This document shows, one piece after another, positions 61,480 through 64,000 of a stretch of 64,000 bases of DNA (the stretch's first letter is position 1; the number at the start of each line of letters is the position of its first letter). The notes under the pieces are model-generated. The model was not told the origin of the DNA and did not search any database. It worked only from the letters and a program-made list of their open reading frames with translations. This DNA is from Catajapyx aquilonaris (taxonomy: Eukaryota): assembly GCA_000934665.2 (NCBI GenBank), contig KZ538069.1, positions 1-64,000 on the forward strand, written 5' to 3'. Position numbers and translations under genes: made by a program.

Positions 61480-64000
61480 CCTCTGGTTGCAACCAAAAAA
61501 ATCCCAAGTGGCAAACCGGCCACTCTTCGAGCCACATAATTCACTAGGCGGAGACAGCTCATTACTATTCAGGTAGCGCATACCTGATGGCTTAGCCAGC
61601 CAGATTGGTCAGGTGAAGGGGAACTTCCCCACCGCGCCCTCTTTTTCATGCTTCAAGACACCAGAGCCTCACTTAAACAGCAAACAAAGCCTTCTTTCGC
61701 ACCTTTCAGACCCGGACCTAAATGGTGGTCATTGGTCGCTTGTCAATCACGCACTAAAAAATAATGGCCAACTTACCCCTATTTCACGCATCACCTACCC
61801 CCCCCCCCCCCCCCNCCCAACCAATATTGACTTCCCACATTATTTTTATTTACCTTTCCGTGAACGGATCTCGCTATCTGAATTTAATTACCCGACAATC
61901 GTGCACGTGCTGTCACATGTGACACACCGTACCACTGACACGTCCAGTCTGGACGTGATTAACGGATGACTGCCGCCCAGCTTTCCCCAATGTGCCCGGT
62001 CATAAATTATACAATCGTAATTTTTCTACGGATTTTATTGTGGTGAAAGGAAATCCAGGTGGTTCAATATGTCATGTGTGAGGGCATGTGCAGCAGTGTA
62101 GGGACCATGCTGTACAGTTCGCGTGGTATTTTTACCCTGCATTACTACTCTTGCAGAGAAGGATTTCACATACCATAAAATTCCTGGACAACGCAGGGGG
62201 NGGGGGGGGGGGGGGGGAAAGCGGTGTGAGTTGCTTCATGACGCGGAAAATAGTTCAGAAAAAAAAGAAAGAAAAGGGCAAAAATTTCTCTCGGCTCAAA
62301 TTCGCTCAGATCTTAAGCTGGACTAACAAAATATTCCGGAAATTCAAATAGGAAATGCGGCAACTTCCTTTAAAATTGCAGTTGTTGTTGTTGTTGTTTT
62401 TTTTCTTCCGCTGGAGGTCTTTGTACTTGCACATTATTCGTGTCGTGCGAGGTACTTGGCGTTTCCCGTGAAGGAAGCCTATTTTCTTTTATCAATCAAC
62501 GCTTGTTTTTCTCACGGGATAACTGGACTCTTGGGATAACTACTACTATCCGGGACATTTTTCGACAACTAATAGCCATATTCACATTACTTCACATCAC
62601 GTCATCACTATATCTTATGCGTTGGGAATTTTCATTCGGACCTCGTAATCTTGAAGGAACAAAAACGTCAGTTGCACTTGAAACATTTACTTAACATACA
62701 TTAGACAAGAAGTTTCGTCTGTCAGGTCACGTGTTAGGCTAACAAGTCTGTTGCTCGACGGGTACAAATTCCAGTGCAAATCAAAATAGCATGATGGTCA
62801 TTGGAGGCAGAAGGAGAAAAAGTGAAGGACAAATGGAACAAATGCTTTCCAGTATTTTAAGTTTACTTTCATAATACTTTCAAGGTAAACTGAATGATAT
62901 TGTTGATGAATACTGGTGCTTGCAGGAATACATGTAGGTATATCATCACCGGTAATGGGAATAATGACTTTTATTTTATTGACTACTTCGTACGTATAGG
63001 TCGAATTTCTCGTGTGTCTAATAATTTGAAAAGCAACGAGTAAATAAATGATTACAAGTTTTCTAGTCGTCATAATGGTCCTTGTCTGTTACGGTTTTGA
63101 ACACAATCAAGACCAGGTCAAATTATAGTTTAATGGTATGGAACGTGGGCAGAAACAACTTCAAACTACAGTACCGTACGTAATAATAGTGGCTAGTGAC
63201 CAATCAGATCGCACTTTTTAGTATAGTGTGAAATTTTCATCTTTTGCAGTACGAACTTCACGAAGGCCATGAAAGGACATCTCAAAGGTGGTCTAAAATC
63301 ACATGGGACATATTCAGATGTCAAAAAGAAGCGAGGCACAACAGAACAACAGAACGGAAACACAGAATTCGATTGATAATTTGTTACGCTTATGGTGCAT
63401 ACATTAAAGCACAGGTGTACGCGTTTCTTTTTATGAACTTGATCCAGTGGTCTACTTAAATGGAACACTGCAACCACTGTCGAAGTTAATCCTGTGACAC
63501 AACTGTATCGTGATAATTAATTACTTCTACGTATTATTCCGCATTCAGATCTACACAATGCATATGACTGATAATACTCTTGAAGAGAAGCCTGGACGTT
63601 AAGGCGTCGGGCAATAATAGCTTACTGAGGCTAAGTGGGCACATGGCTCTGTACAATAGTTACATCAATCACCTGTCACGCATCCTATGTGCGACGAATA
63701 TGTGAGTACATTAAACTGATATGATGGCGTGGAGACATGCGATATGAATTATATCCAAACAAATTCTCATAAACAAATCTACAATGGCAGGTTCAACTAG
63801 GTACATTTTATAACTTCATTACGTAAAATAAGCACGTACCAGCCTGAGTTCGCAATGTAGGAAACATTTCCTTTATAAATGTGCTACATTTTTAAATATC
63901 TCAAAATCCTATCCTGTCACGGAATGTATGTTAACAACAGATTAGCTGCACAACGTATCTTCCTATTACCCTAGCAATAAAAGTGGCTTGTCCACCCCGT

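Overview
This is eukaryotic (invertebrate animal, probably arthropod) genomic DNA that is very rich in transposon debris. Five spliced host genes can be assembled by hand from GT-AG junctions and recognisable protein motifs: TIMM9 (+, 5608-7338), a Rab32/38-family GTPase with His at the switch-II catalytic Gln position (-, 28378-11938), a serine racemase (-, 39996-30397), RNPS1 (+, 44838-47368) and the 3' half of SETD3 (-, 51859-49561; its upstream exons were not found in the window). Introns and intergenic DNA carry deeply nested insertions, many with readable target-site duplications (TSDs): Tc1/mariner, pogo/Tigger, hAT, piggyBac, Transib, Merlin-like, Sola2-like, Harbinger-like, Helitron and several tRNA-derived SINE families. 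I see no unambiguous new multi-gene system. The best leads are two candidate transposon self-repression elements (a fold-back mariner made of two 5' ends, and a Tc1-type element with an open ORF lacking the catalytic core), a 1.3-kb near-perfect palindrome inside the Rab pre-mRNA, the Q-to-H Rab, and a possible orphan gene upstream of the SETD3 exons. All calls come from reading the sequence by eye and no database searches were run. Repeat boundaries without a TSD are approximate.
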